The notes under the pieces: model-generated | Told to the model about the DNA's origin: nothing | What the model saw: the letters and a program-made list of their open reading frames with translations, nothing else | The model's database searches: none | IMG/VR virus record: IMGVR_UViG_3300048033_001096 | Location: 105,232-169,231 of that record | Strand: one strand, 5' to 3' | DNA length: 64,000 nt | DNA from: a virus | In this document: positions 48,013 through 58,424 of the stretch, piece after piece | Layout of the letters: every line of letters starts with the position of its first letter | How positions within the stretch are numbered: the stretch's first letter is position 1 | Program-made: the position numbers and the translations under genes

Positions 48013-49115
48013 TAGTTATCTGCCTTAGGTCTAAGTGCTTTAGACAAAGACTGTCTTTCAGCTACTTCTTCACCTGCAATATTGTTTGTATTAGTGTTAT
48101 TAATAAAGTTACCTTTTTGTGTATTTGTATCGTCATCGCCGTAAACAAATGCACGTTTTACATCATATACTTTATTCCATTTATTATTTTTAAACTGAAA
48201 TAATCTGTTAGGTAAAAAATCTGTTCTTAAAAAATAATCATTACTTTCAGGGTCTGCTGGAAATTGTGTTCCAAAGCCAAAAGTTCCGCCATTAGGTGCA
48301 ATTGAGTCGCCTATTATATAACCTTTATAACCGGCTCTGTCCGGTGCAGCCATTGTCGACAATCCGTCTACATCTTTAACTTGAGATAGTTCGACAATAC
48401 CATCGTCGTCGACAGCAACAGAAAAATAATGACTAACATCATAACCGCTTTTATCTAATTCATCTGTTGCTTCTTGTATAACACCTGTTGTAATATTCAT
48501 TTCTCTTTCATAAGTAGATAATATATCTCTCAAACTATCGCCTTCTGGCTCTTCTTCGTTAGCAGGCAAATCTAATATATCTTTAAATTCTTGTCCGTCG
48601 TATATTTGTTTTAATTTAACACGATATAGATGCGGATACCAAGTATGACTAAATCCTTCTGCTGCCCTATTAATATCTTCTACAACATAAAATCTTTTTA
48701 ATGCAACACTAGCATCATTTTCAGCATATTCGTCTATTAAATGCGGTAGTTCAAAAACGTCCCCAGGCATAATTTTTCGCCCAATTGTTTTAACACTACT
48801 TCGAATATGTATAGTCATAAACAATGTGTCATTTGATAAAAACAAACCAAATTGGCTTAAGTCAAAATCAATGTCTTGCACATTGTATATTCCTCTAAGT
48901 CGATAAATATCTGGATCGTACTTTCTGTCTCTATTTTCTAGAAACATTAGATCTTGTATCTGGGTATGATCTTTTACTGTTGTTCCGTCGTCGGTACCTA
49001 TATACTTGTATATGTGTATATCAGTCCCGCCAATAGTAAACATTTCTAGAATTTGTTTATCTAGAAATTCATAATCATTACCGCGCTCTGGTTTGTATAA
49101 ACTTAATCTTGGCAT
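48012..49115 (-). CDS. gp14: Neck protein (gp14-like)
   Basis: DLSQFGLFLSND.LF.TIH and GD..ELPH; divergent from gp13; start MPRL at 49115 (the 49121 ATG overlaps the promoter). Confidence 0.7.
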   Translation of the reverse strand: MPRLSLYKPERGNDYEFLDKQILEMFTIGGTDIHIYKYIGTDDGTTVKDHTQIQDLMFLENRDRKYDPDIYRLRGIYNVQDIDFDLSQFGLFLSNDTLFMTIHIRSSVKTIGRKIMPGDVFELPHLIDEYAENDASVALKRFYVVEDINRAAEGFSHTWYPHLYRVKLKQIYDGQEFKDILDLPANEEEPEGDSLRDILSTYEREMNITTGVIQEATDELDKSGYDVSHYFSVAVDDDGIVELSQVKDVDGLSTMAAPDRAGYKGYIIGDSIAPNGGTFGFGTQFPADPESNDYFLRTDFLPNRLFQFKNNKWNKVYDVKRAFVYGDDDTNTQKGNFINNTNTNNIAGEEVAERQSLSKALRPKADN

Positions 49116-49120
49116 ATACA

Positions 49121-49140
49121 TATTTATCGAAAGATAAATA
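49121..49140. promoter_or_regulatory. Back-to-back divergent late promoters (perfect palindrome)
   Basis: TATTTATC-GAAA-GATAAATA. Confidence 0.8.
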
Positions 49141-49158
49141 CTATACGGAGAATAAATT

Positions 49159-49908
49159 ATGGCAACACAAACACAAGAAATTTTTGACTATGTTAATGCA
49201 ATGTTAGGCGGCGGCATGGTTGATGTTGAGCTAGATCCAATACATTATAATACTGCATTAGAGAAAGCACTATCTAAATTTCGTCAACGTTCTGATAACA
49301 GTGTCGAAGAATCATATATATTTTTAGATACTGACAAAGATCAAAATGAATATACATTGCCAAACGAAGTAATTGAAGTTCGTAAAATTTTCCGTAGATC
49401 GATTGGATCACGCACAGGCGGCGGCGATGGCGGTACACTATTCGAACCGTTTAACCTTGCATACACAAACACTTATTTACTATCAAGCAGTAACATGGGC
49501 GGCCTAGCAACATATGATATGTTTAGTCAATATCAAGAATTAGTAGGGCGCATGTTTGGATCGTTTATTGAATTTAAATGGAATTCAGCAACACATAAAT
49601 TAACATTATTACAGCGTCCAAGAACTAACGAAACATTATTGATGATGTGTTATAATTATAGACCTGACGAACAATTATTAAGTGATTATCTAGCAAAGCA
49701 ATGGATTAAAGACTACACACTTGCAACCTGCAAATATATGTTAGGTGAAGCACGTAGTAAGTTTGCTACTATTGCAGGCCCACAAGGCGGATCAACACTT
49801 AACGGAAATGATTTAAAAAACGAAGCTATGGCAGAGATTGAAAAACTTGAAAAAGATGTTATCGAGCAAGTTTCGGGCGGTATTGGTTACGGATTTACTA
49901 TCGGCTAA
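49159..49908 (+). CDS. gp13: Neck protein (gp13-like)
   Basis: LGGGMVDVEL, WIKDYTLA..K..LG..RSKF..I.GP.GG.TLNG. Confidence 0.85.
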   Translation: MATQTQEIFDYVNAMLGGGMVDVELDPIHYNTALEKALSKFRQRSDNSVEESYIFLDTDKDQNEYTLPNEVIEVRKIFRRSIGSRTGGGDGGTLFEPFNLAYTNTYLLSSSNMGGLATYDMFSQYQELVGRMFGSFIEFKWNSATHKLTLLQRPRTNETLLMMCYNYRPDEQLLSDYLAKQWIKDYTLATCKYMLGEARSKFATIAGPQGGSTLNGNDLKNEAMAEIEKLEKDVIEQVSGGIGYGFTIG

Positions 49909-50022
49909 CTTATTGAAATCATTAAAAAAAATAATCTAATAATTTCAATGACTTAAAAACACCTTGAGTTTACGCTAACATTTACATATGTTGTAAATAC
50001 AATATAACAAGGAGGTCCCACC

Positions 50023-50253
50023 ATGTGCAGTCCATTTGTACGTAAAGAAGCCAACCGCTTTTACTGGATAGTAAAAGGTTCATTAATCCCCCAATCATGG
50101 TCAGATAAAGATGTAGAAGGAATATACGATTCGTATATGAAACGCATCTGGGGCAACCACGAAAACTGTGTGCATGAAAGAGGATTTCCTGCTGCATGGG
50201 CAGAGCGAGAAGCAGAAGAAATAAACAAAGTTGCTGTTTTAGGTTACGATTAA
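50023..50253 (+). CDS. Hypothetical 76-aa protein
   Basis: Strong SD AGGAGG and an upstream GTAAATA at 49993. Confidence 0.6.
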   Translation: MCSPFVRKEANRFYWIVKGSLIPQSWSDKDVEGIYDSYMKRIWGNHENCVHERGFPAAWAEREAEEINKVAVLGYD

Positions 50254-50255
50254 GG

Positions 50256-50283
50256 TTGACAAGCTAAACTAAGATGCTATAAT
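50256..50283 (+). promoter_or_regulatory. sigma70-type (early) promoter
   Basis: TTGACA-N16-TATAAT with extended TG. Confidence 0.8.
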
Positions 50284-50307
50284 ATATATATTCTTAGAGG
50301 AGTTTGT

Positions 50308-50868
50308 ATGTTACCTAAATTGTTAGTTGTAGGACACGGCCGTCACGGCAAAGATACTGTATGCGAGATGTTAGAAGCATACGGATATAAATTCCAATCT
50401 AGTTCTAAGTTTTGTTCTGAGCTGTTTATATTCGACGAGCTAAAAGACAAGTATGGTTATGCAGACGAAGAAGCATGTTATGCAGATCGACATAATCATC
50501 GTACACTATGGTACAACATGATTCACGATTATTGTAAAGATGACCTAGCACGCCTCGGACGTAACTTATTTGCAGAACACAATATCTATTGCGGATTACG
50601 TAATAAACGTGAATACTTTGCTATGAAAAATGAGCAAATTTTTGATTATGCTATTTGGGTGGATCGTACAGATCATTTGCCTAAAGAAGATCCTGACTCG
50701 ATGAGCATCGAACAATGGATGTGTGATTATACTATTGACAACAATGGCGATTTAGTTCGTCTTGAAAAGAACGTAGCAATCCTTATGCGTACTATCTTTA
50801 GAAATCAGGGACTAAGTCTCCCTGCTTCCACTTCACCCCTGTTTTTTGAAGAATCCTTTGACAGTTAG
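50308..50868 (+). CDS. Deoxynucleoside monophosphate kinase (T4 gp1-like)
   Basis: P-loop VVGHGRHGKDTV, R...E, DYTIDNNG. Confidence 0.75.
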   Translation: MLPKLLVVGHGRHGKDTVCEMLEAYGYKFQSSSKFCSELFIFDELKDKYGYADEEACYADRHNHRTLWYNMIHDYCKDDLARLGRNLFAEHNIYCGLRNKREYFAMKNEQIFDYAIWVDRTDHLPKEDPDSMSIEQWMCDYTIDNNGDLVRLEKNVAILMRTIFRNQGLSLPASTSPLFFEESFDS

Positions 50869-51133
50869 CACATATAGTTTTTAAATTACTAGGCCGACAA
50901 TTAGTTAGATCACCGTCTATGTGAAATACATTAAACTGTTCGGAATAATTTGAGCGATACCCACATTTTTCGCATGTGGTTTTCTTTTCATATCCTGCTT
51001 GCTTCCATTTAGGAATACCATGTCCGACTCCATTACGTAAACACGTTTCGCAAAGTTTACGATAGTAAGTTTTTTTTCCTTTTTTATAATTTATAGCTGC
51101 TGGACGTTGTCCGCACTTGCATAATGGTCTCAT
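50798..51133 (-). CDS. HNH-like zinc-finger protein
   Basis: CKC, CETC, CEKCG and HIDG...N....NL..ICANC; leaderless TAAATA-CAAT-ATG. Confidence 0.7.
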   Translation of the reverse strand: MRPLCKCGQRPAAINYKKGKKTYYRKLCETCLRNGVGHGIPKWKQAGYEKKTTCEKCGYRSNYSEQFNVFHIDGDLTNCRPSNLKTICANCQRILQKTGVKWKQGDLVPDF

Positions 51134-51247
51134 ATTGTATTTAGCTCACCTTTTCGGTCCCTTTTTTACCGGTATTTGTGTAGAGTTTTTTCTTTTAATT
51201 GGTAAATACATGTAATAAACAATACACTATCCAATAGGAGAAATAGA

Positions 51248-54200
51248 ATGGCATTAGTATCACCAGGTGTACAAGTTAGCGTTATAGATGAGAGTTTTTA
51301 TACTCCAGCTGAACCGGGAACTGTACCAGTAATTTTTGTTGCATCACAGGAGAACAAACTAAATGCTTCAGGCTCAGGAACAGCAATAGGAACACTAGCA
51401 GAAAATGTTGGTAAACCTTATTTACTGACATCTCAAAGAGATCTAGCTGAAACATTTGGCGACCCAGCATTTCAAACAGATGCAAGCAACAATCCAATTC
51501 ATGGATCAGAATTAAATGAGTATGGATTACAAGCAGCTTACTCGTTCTTAGGAGTAAGTAACAGAGCATACGTTGTAAGAGCAGGGGTTGATTTAGGACA
51601 GCTTGTTCCACGTTCGTCAACACCAACAGCATATCCAAATGAAGGGGCATATTGGTTAGATACAGCATCATCTGTATTTGGTATTCAGCAATGGAATAAC
51701 GCAGATGAGAGCGTTTCAGGTGGCCAAACATTTGTTGCAAAAACTCCTATTGTAATTGAAGATAAAACACAAGTTGTTGATTATGATAACAGCGATTATA
51801 CTCCACTAGGGTCAATTGGTGTAATAGGCGACTATGCAATGGTTTCAGTTACTACTTTAAACACTATTTGGTATAGATCAACATTAGGGTGGTTAGAACT
51901 AGGTTCTGAAGAATGGAAAGGATCAATTCCAACTATTACTAGCTCTAAGACAGGAACAGTATTTGGTGACGATTCAACTGACGAAGGATCAGATGTATTT
52001 TTATTAAACGGTACTGTAGTCACTGTTGCAGTTGACGACGATATTGCAGCAATTGCTCAATCAATTAACGATCTTGGTATATCAGGAGTTAGTGCAGCAG
52101 TAGCTAGCGGAGAACTTGTTGTTTACAATAATGGTTCGACAACAACAAGTCTTACATTTGCACCAGGACCGAATAGTTCGACAAAGGTATTAGAATTTTT
52201 AGGAATTTCCGAAGGGCAATATTTAATTCCAGCAGTGCAAGTTAGCAAACATACTGAAATTCCTGATACGTTTAAAACAGGCACAGGATACAACGGACGT
52301 CCAACAGGAAGTATTTGGTTAAAAACAACTACACCAAATGGCGGCGCACGTTGGAGAGTAAAGCGTTGGAACAACGAGTCAAAACTTTGGGATTCTGTTG
52401 AAGCACCGATTTATCCAACAGCGGAAGAAGCACTTGTATCATTAGACAGAACAGGCGGCGGAAAAAACCTACAATTAGGTGATTTGTTTATTCAAAGTAA
52501 TGTTGCTGGAGATTCAAATCCATTAGGAACATTTAAAATCTTCCAAAGAGCAAAAGTAGGTACAACTGCTATTACAAGTTCTCCTGTTACTTCATCAAAC
52601 TTTGTTGACGGCAATAACTATCAAATGGTTATTACATCAACAACTCCAGGTTCGGCTGTGTTTAGTAGTGATGTTTCTGGATTAATTAGTGTTGAAGGGA
52701 AATCTTTAGCAGCTGATACTGCAATCGCAATTGCTGCAAAAATTACAGACGCAAACATTCCGTATGTAAGTGCAACTGTAAATGACAACAATGCTGTTGT
52801 TATTACACACAGCGAAGGTGGCGAAATGAAACTAGTTACAGTCCCTGGAGAAGGTGACATGCTACTTGGTTTAGGAATTACACCTTATGTTATGATGTCG
52901 GGCGCAGGTACAAGATTTGTAAGTTACGAACCAGGTACTGGCGAAGGTACAAGTCCTTTACAATACAGAGCAAGTAATTGGGAAGTATTAAATTATACTG
53001 CATCAAACGACGAATTAACAAATACTGCTGATGCAGGAACATTATGGTATAACTCAATTGTTGACGAAGCTGATATTATGATCAATAACGGCAACATTTG
53101 GGTTGGCTATCATAATTTTGATAATTATAGTTCGTGTGACATAGCAGGACCTATTGTTAGTGCTACGAAACCAACCAAGCAATCAAATGGCGACGACTTA
53201 GTAGCTGGTGATCTTTGGATTGATACTAGCGATTTAGAAAATTATCCAGTAATTTATAAGTACAGAGGTCCGTTACTTGATCGTTGGGATTTAGTTGATA
53301 ATACTGACCAAACTTCAGAAAATGGTATTGTATTTGCAGATGCACGTTATGGTTCGTCTGGCGCAACAGGAAATACAGCAGCAACAATTAGTTCTCTACT
53401 TACAACTAACTTTGTAGACCCAGATTGTCCAGATCCAGCATTATATCCAAAAGGTACGTTACTGTTTAACACACGTAGGAGCGGTTTTAATGTTAAACGT
53501 TTTGAAGTTAATTACATTGATAATACTGATGTTAACTTACGTTTTGGTGACGAAGATATGTCAACATATGCTAGAGATCGTTGGGTTACTGAATCAGCTA
53601 ATAACGAAGACGGTTCTGGAACATTTGGACGTAACGCACAACGTAAAGTTGTTATACAAAAATTACAAGCAGTAGTTAACAGCAATGATGATATTCGTAA
53701 TGAAGATGCACGTAGATTTAATTTAATTGCATGTCCAGGATATCCAGAACTTATTGGTGAAATGGTTATACTTAATGCTGATAGAGGTCTAACAGCATTT
53801 GTATTAGGCGACTCGCCAGCAAGATTAACACCAGATGCTACATCACTAAATGAATGGGCAACTAACGTTCGCTCGGCAGTAGAAGATAATGACAACGGTC
53901 TTGTTACTAATGACGAATATTTAGGAGTATTTTATCCATGGGGCTTTACAAGTGATAACTTTGGTAACAATGTAGTTATTCCACCAAGTCACATGATGCT
54001 ACGCACTATTGCACTAAGCGATCAAGTTAGCTATCCGTGGTTTGCACCAGCAGGCACAAGACGCGGCGGAGTTAACAATGCAAGTTCGACAGGTTATATT
54101 AATAACGAAGGAGAATTTGTTGCAACATCGCTTAACGAAGGACAAAGAGATACATTGTATGCACAAGGTGTAAACCCAATTACGTTTATTACTGGTGCAG

Positions 54201-54568
54201 GTCTTGTTAACTTTGGACAAAAAACTCGTGCAAGAGGTGCAAGTTCGCTAGATAGAATTAACGTTGCAAGACTTGTTGTATACTTACGTTCGCAACTTAG
54301 TCAGCTTGCTAAGCCTTACATCTTTGAACCTAATGATAAAATCACTAGAGACGAGATGAAACAGCAAGTAGAAAGTTTACTACTAGAGCTTGTTGGACAA
54401 AGAGCACTATATGACTTCTTAGTTGTATGTGACGAAACGAACAATACTCCGTCAAGAATTGATCGCAATGAGCTTTATGTTGACATTGCTATCGAACCAG
54501 TTAAGTCAATTGAATTTATTTACATTCCATTGAGACTTAAGAACACTGGCGAAATAGCAGGAACATAA
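51248..54568 (+). CDS. gp18: Tail sheath protein (gp18-like) with large insertions
   Basis: LVSPGVQV..IDES, PWFAPAG..RG, RDTLY...VNPI, FGQKT, DRINVARL, FEPND, C...NNTP..ID; GTAAATA at 51202. Confidence 0.95.
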   Translation: MALVSPGVQVSVIDESFYTPAEPGTVPVIFVASQENKLNASGSGTAIGTLAENVGKPYLLTSQRDLAETFGDPAFQTDASNNPIHGSELNEYGLQAAYSFLGVSNRAYVVRAGVDLGQLVPRSSTPTAYPNEGAYWLDTASSVFGIQQWNNADESVSGGQTFVAKTPIVIEDKTQVVDYDNSDYTPLGSIGVIGDYAMVSVTTLNTIWYRSTLGWLELGSEEWKGSIPTITSSKTGTVFGDDSTDEGSDVFLLNGTVVTVAVDDDIAAIAQSINDLGISGVSAAVASGELVVYNNGSTTTSLTFAPGPNSSTKVLEFLGISEGQYLIPAVQVSKHTEIPDTFKTGTGYNGRPTGSIWLKTTTPNGGARWRVKRWNNESKLWDSVEAPIYPTAEEALVSLDRTGGGKNLQLGDLFIQSNVAGDSNPLGTFKIFQRAKVGTTAITSSPVTSSNFVDGNNYQMVITSTTPGSAVFSSDVSGLISVEGKSLAADTAIAIAAKITDANIPYVSATVNDNNAVVITHSEGGEMKLVTVPGEGDMLLGLGITPYVMMSGAGTRFVSYEPGTGEGTSPLQYRASNWEVLNYTASNDELTNTADAGTLWYNSIVDEADIMINNGNIWVGYHNFDNYSSCDIAGPIVSATKPTKQSNGDDLVAGDLWIDTSDLENYPVIYKYRGPLLDRWDLVDNTDQTSENGIVFADARYGSSGATGNTAATISSLLTTNFVDPDCPDPALYPKGTLLFNTRRSGFNVKRFEVNYIDNTDVNLRFGDEDMSTYARDRWVTESANNEDGSGTFGRNAQRKVVIQKLQAVVNSNDDIRNEDARRFNLIACPGYPELIGEMVILNADRGLTAFVLGDSPARLTPDATSLNEWATNVRSAVEDNDNGLVTNDEYLGVFYPWGFTSDNFGNNVVIPPSHMMLRTIALSDQVSYPWFAPAGTRRGGVNNASSTGYINNEGEFVATSLNEGQRDTLYAQGVNPITFITGAGLVNFGQKTRARGASSLDRINVARLVVYLRSQLSQLAKPYIFEPNDKITRDEMKQQVESLLLELVGQRALYDFLVVCDETNNTPSRIDRNELYVDIAIEPVKSIEFIYIPLRLKNTGEIAGT

Positions 54569-54602
54569 AATGATAAATACTACTGAACTAGGAGCAAACT
54601 AA

Positions 54603-55229
54603 ATGGCAATTTCATCATTATCAAAAATTACAGTTCCATTAGCTAGCGGCGACTCAGCTGCTAGCCAGGGATTGTTGATGCCAAAGCTCCAGTACCGCTT
54701 TAGGGTGTCGCTGGAAAACTTTGGTGTGTCGACACCAACAACGGAACTAACGAAACAAGTTGTAGATGTTACTCGTCCAACGGTTGCATTTGAACCAATG
54801 GAAATACATGCATACAACTCAAAAGCATACTTAGCAGGTAAGCATACTTGGTCACCAATTACACTTAACTTACGCGAAGATGTAAACAATGCTGTACAAA
54901 AACTTGTAGGCGAGCAGCTACAGAAGCAGTTTGACTTTATGGAACAATCAAGTCCAGTATCAGGACAAGATTACAAGTTTACAACACGTATTGAGATCTT
55001 AGACGGTGGTAACGGTGTATACACACCGAATGTACTTGAAACATTCGAACTTTATGGATGTTTTATTACTAATGCTAACTATAATACGCTAGCATACCAA
55101 ACTAACGAACCTGTAACTGTTACACTTGAAATCCAATACGATAACGCTATTCAAACAGACACAGACGGCGGCATTGGTGTACAAGTACCAAGAGGCAACG
55201 GCAGCTTAATTACAGGCGGCGGTTCTTAA
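54603..55229 (+). CDS. gp19: Tail tube protein (gp19-like)
   Basis: Follows the sheath gene; YRFRV, RP.V.F, AGK.TW.PIT, L.GCF, .YD.A; GATAAATA at 54572. Confidence 0.85.
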   Translation: MAISSLSKITVPLASGDSAASQGLLMPKLQYRFRVSLENFGVSTPTTELTKQVVDVTRPTVAFEPMEIHAYNSKAYLAGKHTWSPITLNLREDVNNAVQKLVGEQLQKQFDFMEQSSPVSGQDYKFTTRIEILDGGNGVYTPNVLETFELYGCFITNANYNTLAYQTNEPVTVTLEIQYDNAIQTDTDGGIGVQVPRGNGSLITGGGS

Positions 55230-55251
55230 AAAGTCTTAAAATTTTAAAAAC

Positions 55252-55279
55252 AAAAAGGGGGCATAATGCCTCCTTTTTT
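55252..55279 (+). terminator. Intrinsic terminator
   Basis: AAAAAGGGGGCA-TAA-TGCCTCCTTTTTT. Confidence 0.8.
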
Positions 55280-55317
55280 ATTATCTACGCACATAAAAGA
55301 TATAGATAAATATTAGT

Positions 55318-56574
55318 ATGACAAACAGTTACGGCAATAATTTAAACTCAGCTCAAGACAAGATTACACTTGTTGATTATAATCATGCGTCTAGGCTATA
55401 TGTTGATCAAAACTTTAAGTTTGCACCAAAAACTAAATTTCTTTATCACTGTTATTTTTCAATTGATCCTGGTATTAAGGATATTGCAAAAACTTTAACA
55501 GAAAAGTATGGAACAGAAATTGGTTTACTAGTAAAGCAAGCCGACTTACCTAAGTTTTCTGCTACTGTTGAAACTAGAAAAAAATATAACAGAACGAAAA
55601 ATATTCAAACAGCTATACAGTATAATCCAATAACAATTACATTTCATGACGACAATCATGGAGTAACTACAGCATTGTTAGAATCTTATTATAGATGGTA
55701 CTACGCTGATGGTTGGTATGGTGATACTAGCTCTAGTGTAGGTGCCTATAATAAAGCAGGCGACGGAGATAATACGTATAAGGGTAGAGGACGAAATCAA
55801 TATAGATTTGGTTTAGACAACAATCTAAGTGTACCATTTTTTAAAAATATACAAATATCACAATTAGCTCGTACAAATTATACAACATATACAATAGTTA
55901 ATCCTATTATTACAGATTGGCAACACGATAGTGTTGATAATTCAGACGGAAATGGCATGATGCAAAATACAATAACTTTGCAATATGAGGCTGTACATTA
56001 TTCGCGTGGTATCATTGAAGCAGGCAGTGACGGAGAACCAACAGCATTTGGTGCAGCACATTATGACTATTATCCAAGTCCGATTGCTCCTGCTGATTCT
56101 TCAGCGCCGTCAGCTTCTAATGGAACTAACAGTAGCGCCGAGTTATCAAATTCTCGACCAACATCTAATACTAGCACACCGCCAGATCAACAATCAGTAA
56201 CATCAAATTATCAAAGCTCTAGCGCAAATCCTAATTATTCAGCAATATCATTAATTGATAATGGTGATAATTTAGGAGGATTGGCAAATATCATAATTCC
56301 AAAAACACGCGGCCGTGGCGGAAATCAAAGTCAAACAGTTTCTACGCCAACAACTATTACTACTAGATCAAATATTGGTTTACAAACTGAATATGCTTTA
56401 AATTTACAAAGTAATCCAGAAAAATTAGAATCATTAGCAAAGTCTTTATATAAAAGCGATTTTTTATTAAATGGCGGAAATGGTGGAATTAACGGTTTAA
56501 GCACTGCTTGGGATAATTTATCTGAAGTGCAAAAAGAGTTATATAGAAAACAAATATTGGAAAATGCAAAATGA
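55318..56574 (+). CDS. Tube-fold baseplate / tube-initiator protein (gp48/gp54-like)
   Basis: LVKQADLPKF...KYNR...I.YNPITITFHDD tube-like fold; Ser/Thr-rich C-terminal linker; leaderless GATAAATA-N5-ATG. Confidence 0.55.
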   Translation: MTNSYGNNLNSAQDKITLVDYNHASRLYVDQNFKFAPKTKFLYHCYFSIDPGIKDIAKTLTEKYGTEIGLLVKQADLPKFSATVETRKKYNRTKNIQTAIQYNPITITFHDDNHGVTTALLESYYRWYYADGWYGDTSSSVGAYNKAGDGDNTYKGRGRNQYRFGLDNNLSVPFFKNIQISQLARTNYTTYTIVNPIITDWQHDSVDNSDGNGMMQNTITLQYEAVHYSRGIIEAGSDGEPTAFGAAHYDYYPSPIAPADSSAPSASNGTNSSAELSNSRPTSNTSTPPDQQSVTSNYQSSSANPNYSAISLIDNGDNLGGLANIIIPKTRGRGGNQSQTVSTPTTITTRSNIGLQTEYALNLQSNPEKLESLAKSLYKSDFLLNGGNGGINGLSTAWDNLSEVQKELYRKQILENAK

Positions 56575-57041
56575 GCGGATTACCTTTAAGAAATATTTCA
56601 AAAAATACAAATAATAAAACTACACAATACTTTGATACATATTATACAACACCAATAAATTTATCTGATAATGATTTAAATAGTGTAGTATCATTTTTTG
56701 AAAGAAGAGGATTTGAAAAAACAGCAGCAATTGCAGTTGCAAATGTATTATTACAACAAGCAAAACTCGAAAATATAAAAATATATAAATTAATTGATAC
56801 ACTTAAGAGTTACGATTCAGGTAATAAATTAAGCTCAGTAGTTGCAGAAATATTAAATTATAATAGAAAACGAACAAGTGTTATTGGATATAAAACAACA
56901 CGCCAAAAGAAAACACTAGAATCAAGAAATATAATCGAAGGAAACCCAATTAGTACACTTGATGTGCTGACTAATTTATTAGATTTAAGCAGTACAGAAT
57001 ATACTATGGACAGCGGTTCGCAAACATTAGACGGAGAGTAA
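56571..57041 (+). CDS. Hypothetical (baseplate-associated) protein
   Basis: ATGA-coupled to the upstream gene; FFE.RGF...AA..VA..LL.QA. Confidence 0.5.
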   Translation: MSGLPLRNISKNTNNKTTQYFDTYYTTPINLSDNDLNSVVSFFERRGFEKTAAIAVANVLLQQAKLENIKIYKLIDTLKSYDSGNKLSSVVAEILNYNRKRTSVIGYKTTRQKKTLESRNIIEGNPISTLDVLTNLLDLSSTEYTMDSGSQTLDGE

Positions 57042-57042
57042 C

Positions 57043-58416
57043 ATGGCAAAAGAAGTCCTTAATAGAGGTACTAATCCAAATGACGGATCGGGAGATTCAC
57101 TAAGATTAGCATCAGGAAAAATTAATAATAACTTTGATGAATTATATAACGCTTTAGGCGACGGGTCGTCATTATTAAGTTCTAATATTGATTTTGGTAA
57201 TAAAAAACTTTACTTTAGTAATACAGTAGAAACATTTTCTGATTTAGCAAATATATCAACCTCAACTTATGAAGGATTAATTCTACATGTACACGACGAA
57301 GGATCATTATATTTTGCTCATTCTGGGTCATGGCACAAATTATTATTAGATACTTCTGTAACTACTCCATCTAATTATGAAACACCGTTATCAAATTCTG
57401 CATATTCAGGTAGCTGGGACGACTTAGAAGACAAACCAACTATTGCTACTACTATTTTAGATTTAGGAATAGATGACGGTCTCGCTGGACAATATCTAGT
57501 AACTGACGGATTTGGTAACTTTACATTTGTTAATCCGCTGCCAGGCAGCTATAATGATTTAACTGACAAGCCTAATTTGTTTGATGGTAATTATGAAAGT
57601 TTGTCTAACACTCCAGATTTATCTGTATATCAATTACAAGACGATGCGTTTGATGGAGACTATTTTAGTTTAACAGGCCGTCCAAATATTCCAGGAGATG
57701 TTAACGAACTTGAAGATGTAAATAATTTGTTAGCAGGATTTAGTGGCGATTATAGTGACTTAATTAATACTCCTGATTTATCACAATATGCTACGGAATC
57801 ATTTGTGACAGGCCAAGATTATGCTACGGAATCATTTGTGACAGGCCAAGGATATATAACTCCTGGAGATTTATCATCGTATGCAACACAATCGTATGTA
57901 CAAAGCCAAGGATTTATCACTAGCGAAACTGACAGTCAAACATTAACCTTAGCTGGAAATAATTTGTCTATTACTAATGGCAATACTGTTGATTTGTCAT
58001 CTATTGTAGGTGATAGTGTAGGTAACTTTACATTTGCATCAAGTATTATTAATACTTCTGATAATTCTGCAATTACAATAACACCAGCAGTTACAACAAC
58101 TTCAACTCTAACTGTTGGAACTGATTTAACTGTTAATAACGATGTTACTATTACTAATGATTTAACTGTTAACGGAGAAATAAACACCGCCGGAGCAGGA
58201 GATCCAGAATTATTTTCTGAATCAGATATTTTATTAACAGCTACTGACCGAGTATCGATAACACAAAGTCCATTTAAATTGGCAAGTTTTACTGACGCTG
58301 AGAGAGATGCACTAACTGCTGAAAATGGCGATATGATATATAACACAGATAATAATAGAATTGAAGCATACATAAACGGTGCTTGGAGAATTCTAGATAC
58401 AAGTCCAATAGTTTAA
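57043..58416 (+). CDS. Fibre/connector with gp9/gp10-type N-terminus
   Basis: GT.PNDG.GDSLR.A..KIN.NF.ELY N-terminal motif; (F/Y)SG.Y.DL...P and YAT.S.V repeats. Confidence 0.65.
   Translation: MAKEVLNRGTNPNDGSGDSLRLASGKINNNFDELYNALGDGSSLLSSNIDFGNKKLYFSNTVETFSDLANISTSTYEGLILHVHDEGSLYFAHSGSWHKLLLDTSVTTPSNYETPLSNSAYSGSWDDLEDKPTIATTILDLGIDDGLAGQYLVTDGFGNFTFVNPLPGSYNDLTDKPNLFDGNYESLSNTPDLSVYQLQDDAFDGDYFSLTGRPNIPGDVNELEDVNNLLAGFSGDYSDLINTPDLSQYATESFVTGQDYATESFVTGQGYITPGDLSSYATQSYVQSQGFITSETDSQTLTLAGNNLSITNGNTVDLSSIVGDSVGNFTFASSIINTSDNSAITITPAVTTTSTLTVGTDLTVNNDVTITNDLTVNGEINTAGAGDPELFSESDILLTATDRVSITQSPFKLASFTDAERDALTAENGDMIYNTDNNRIEAYINGAWRILDTSPIV
57787..57850 (+). repeat. 33-bp tandem duplication (YATESFVTGQ x2)
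   Basis: TATGCTACGGAATCATTTGTGACAGGCCAAG at 57787 and 57820. Confidence 0.95.
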
Positions 58417-58424
58417 GGTGATTC

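Noticed and set aside
50798-51133. HNH gene as a mobile homing endonuclease
   Set aside because: It is very short, has no separate DNA-binding domain, and has its own late promoter divergent from the sheath gene; it looks like a resident gene, so it is not called mobile.
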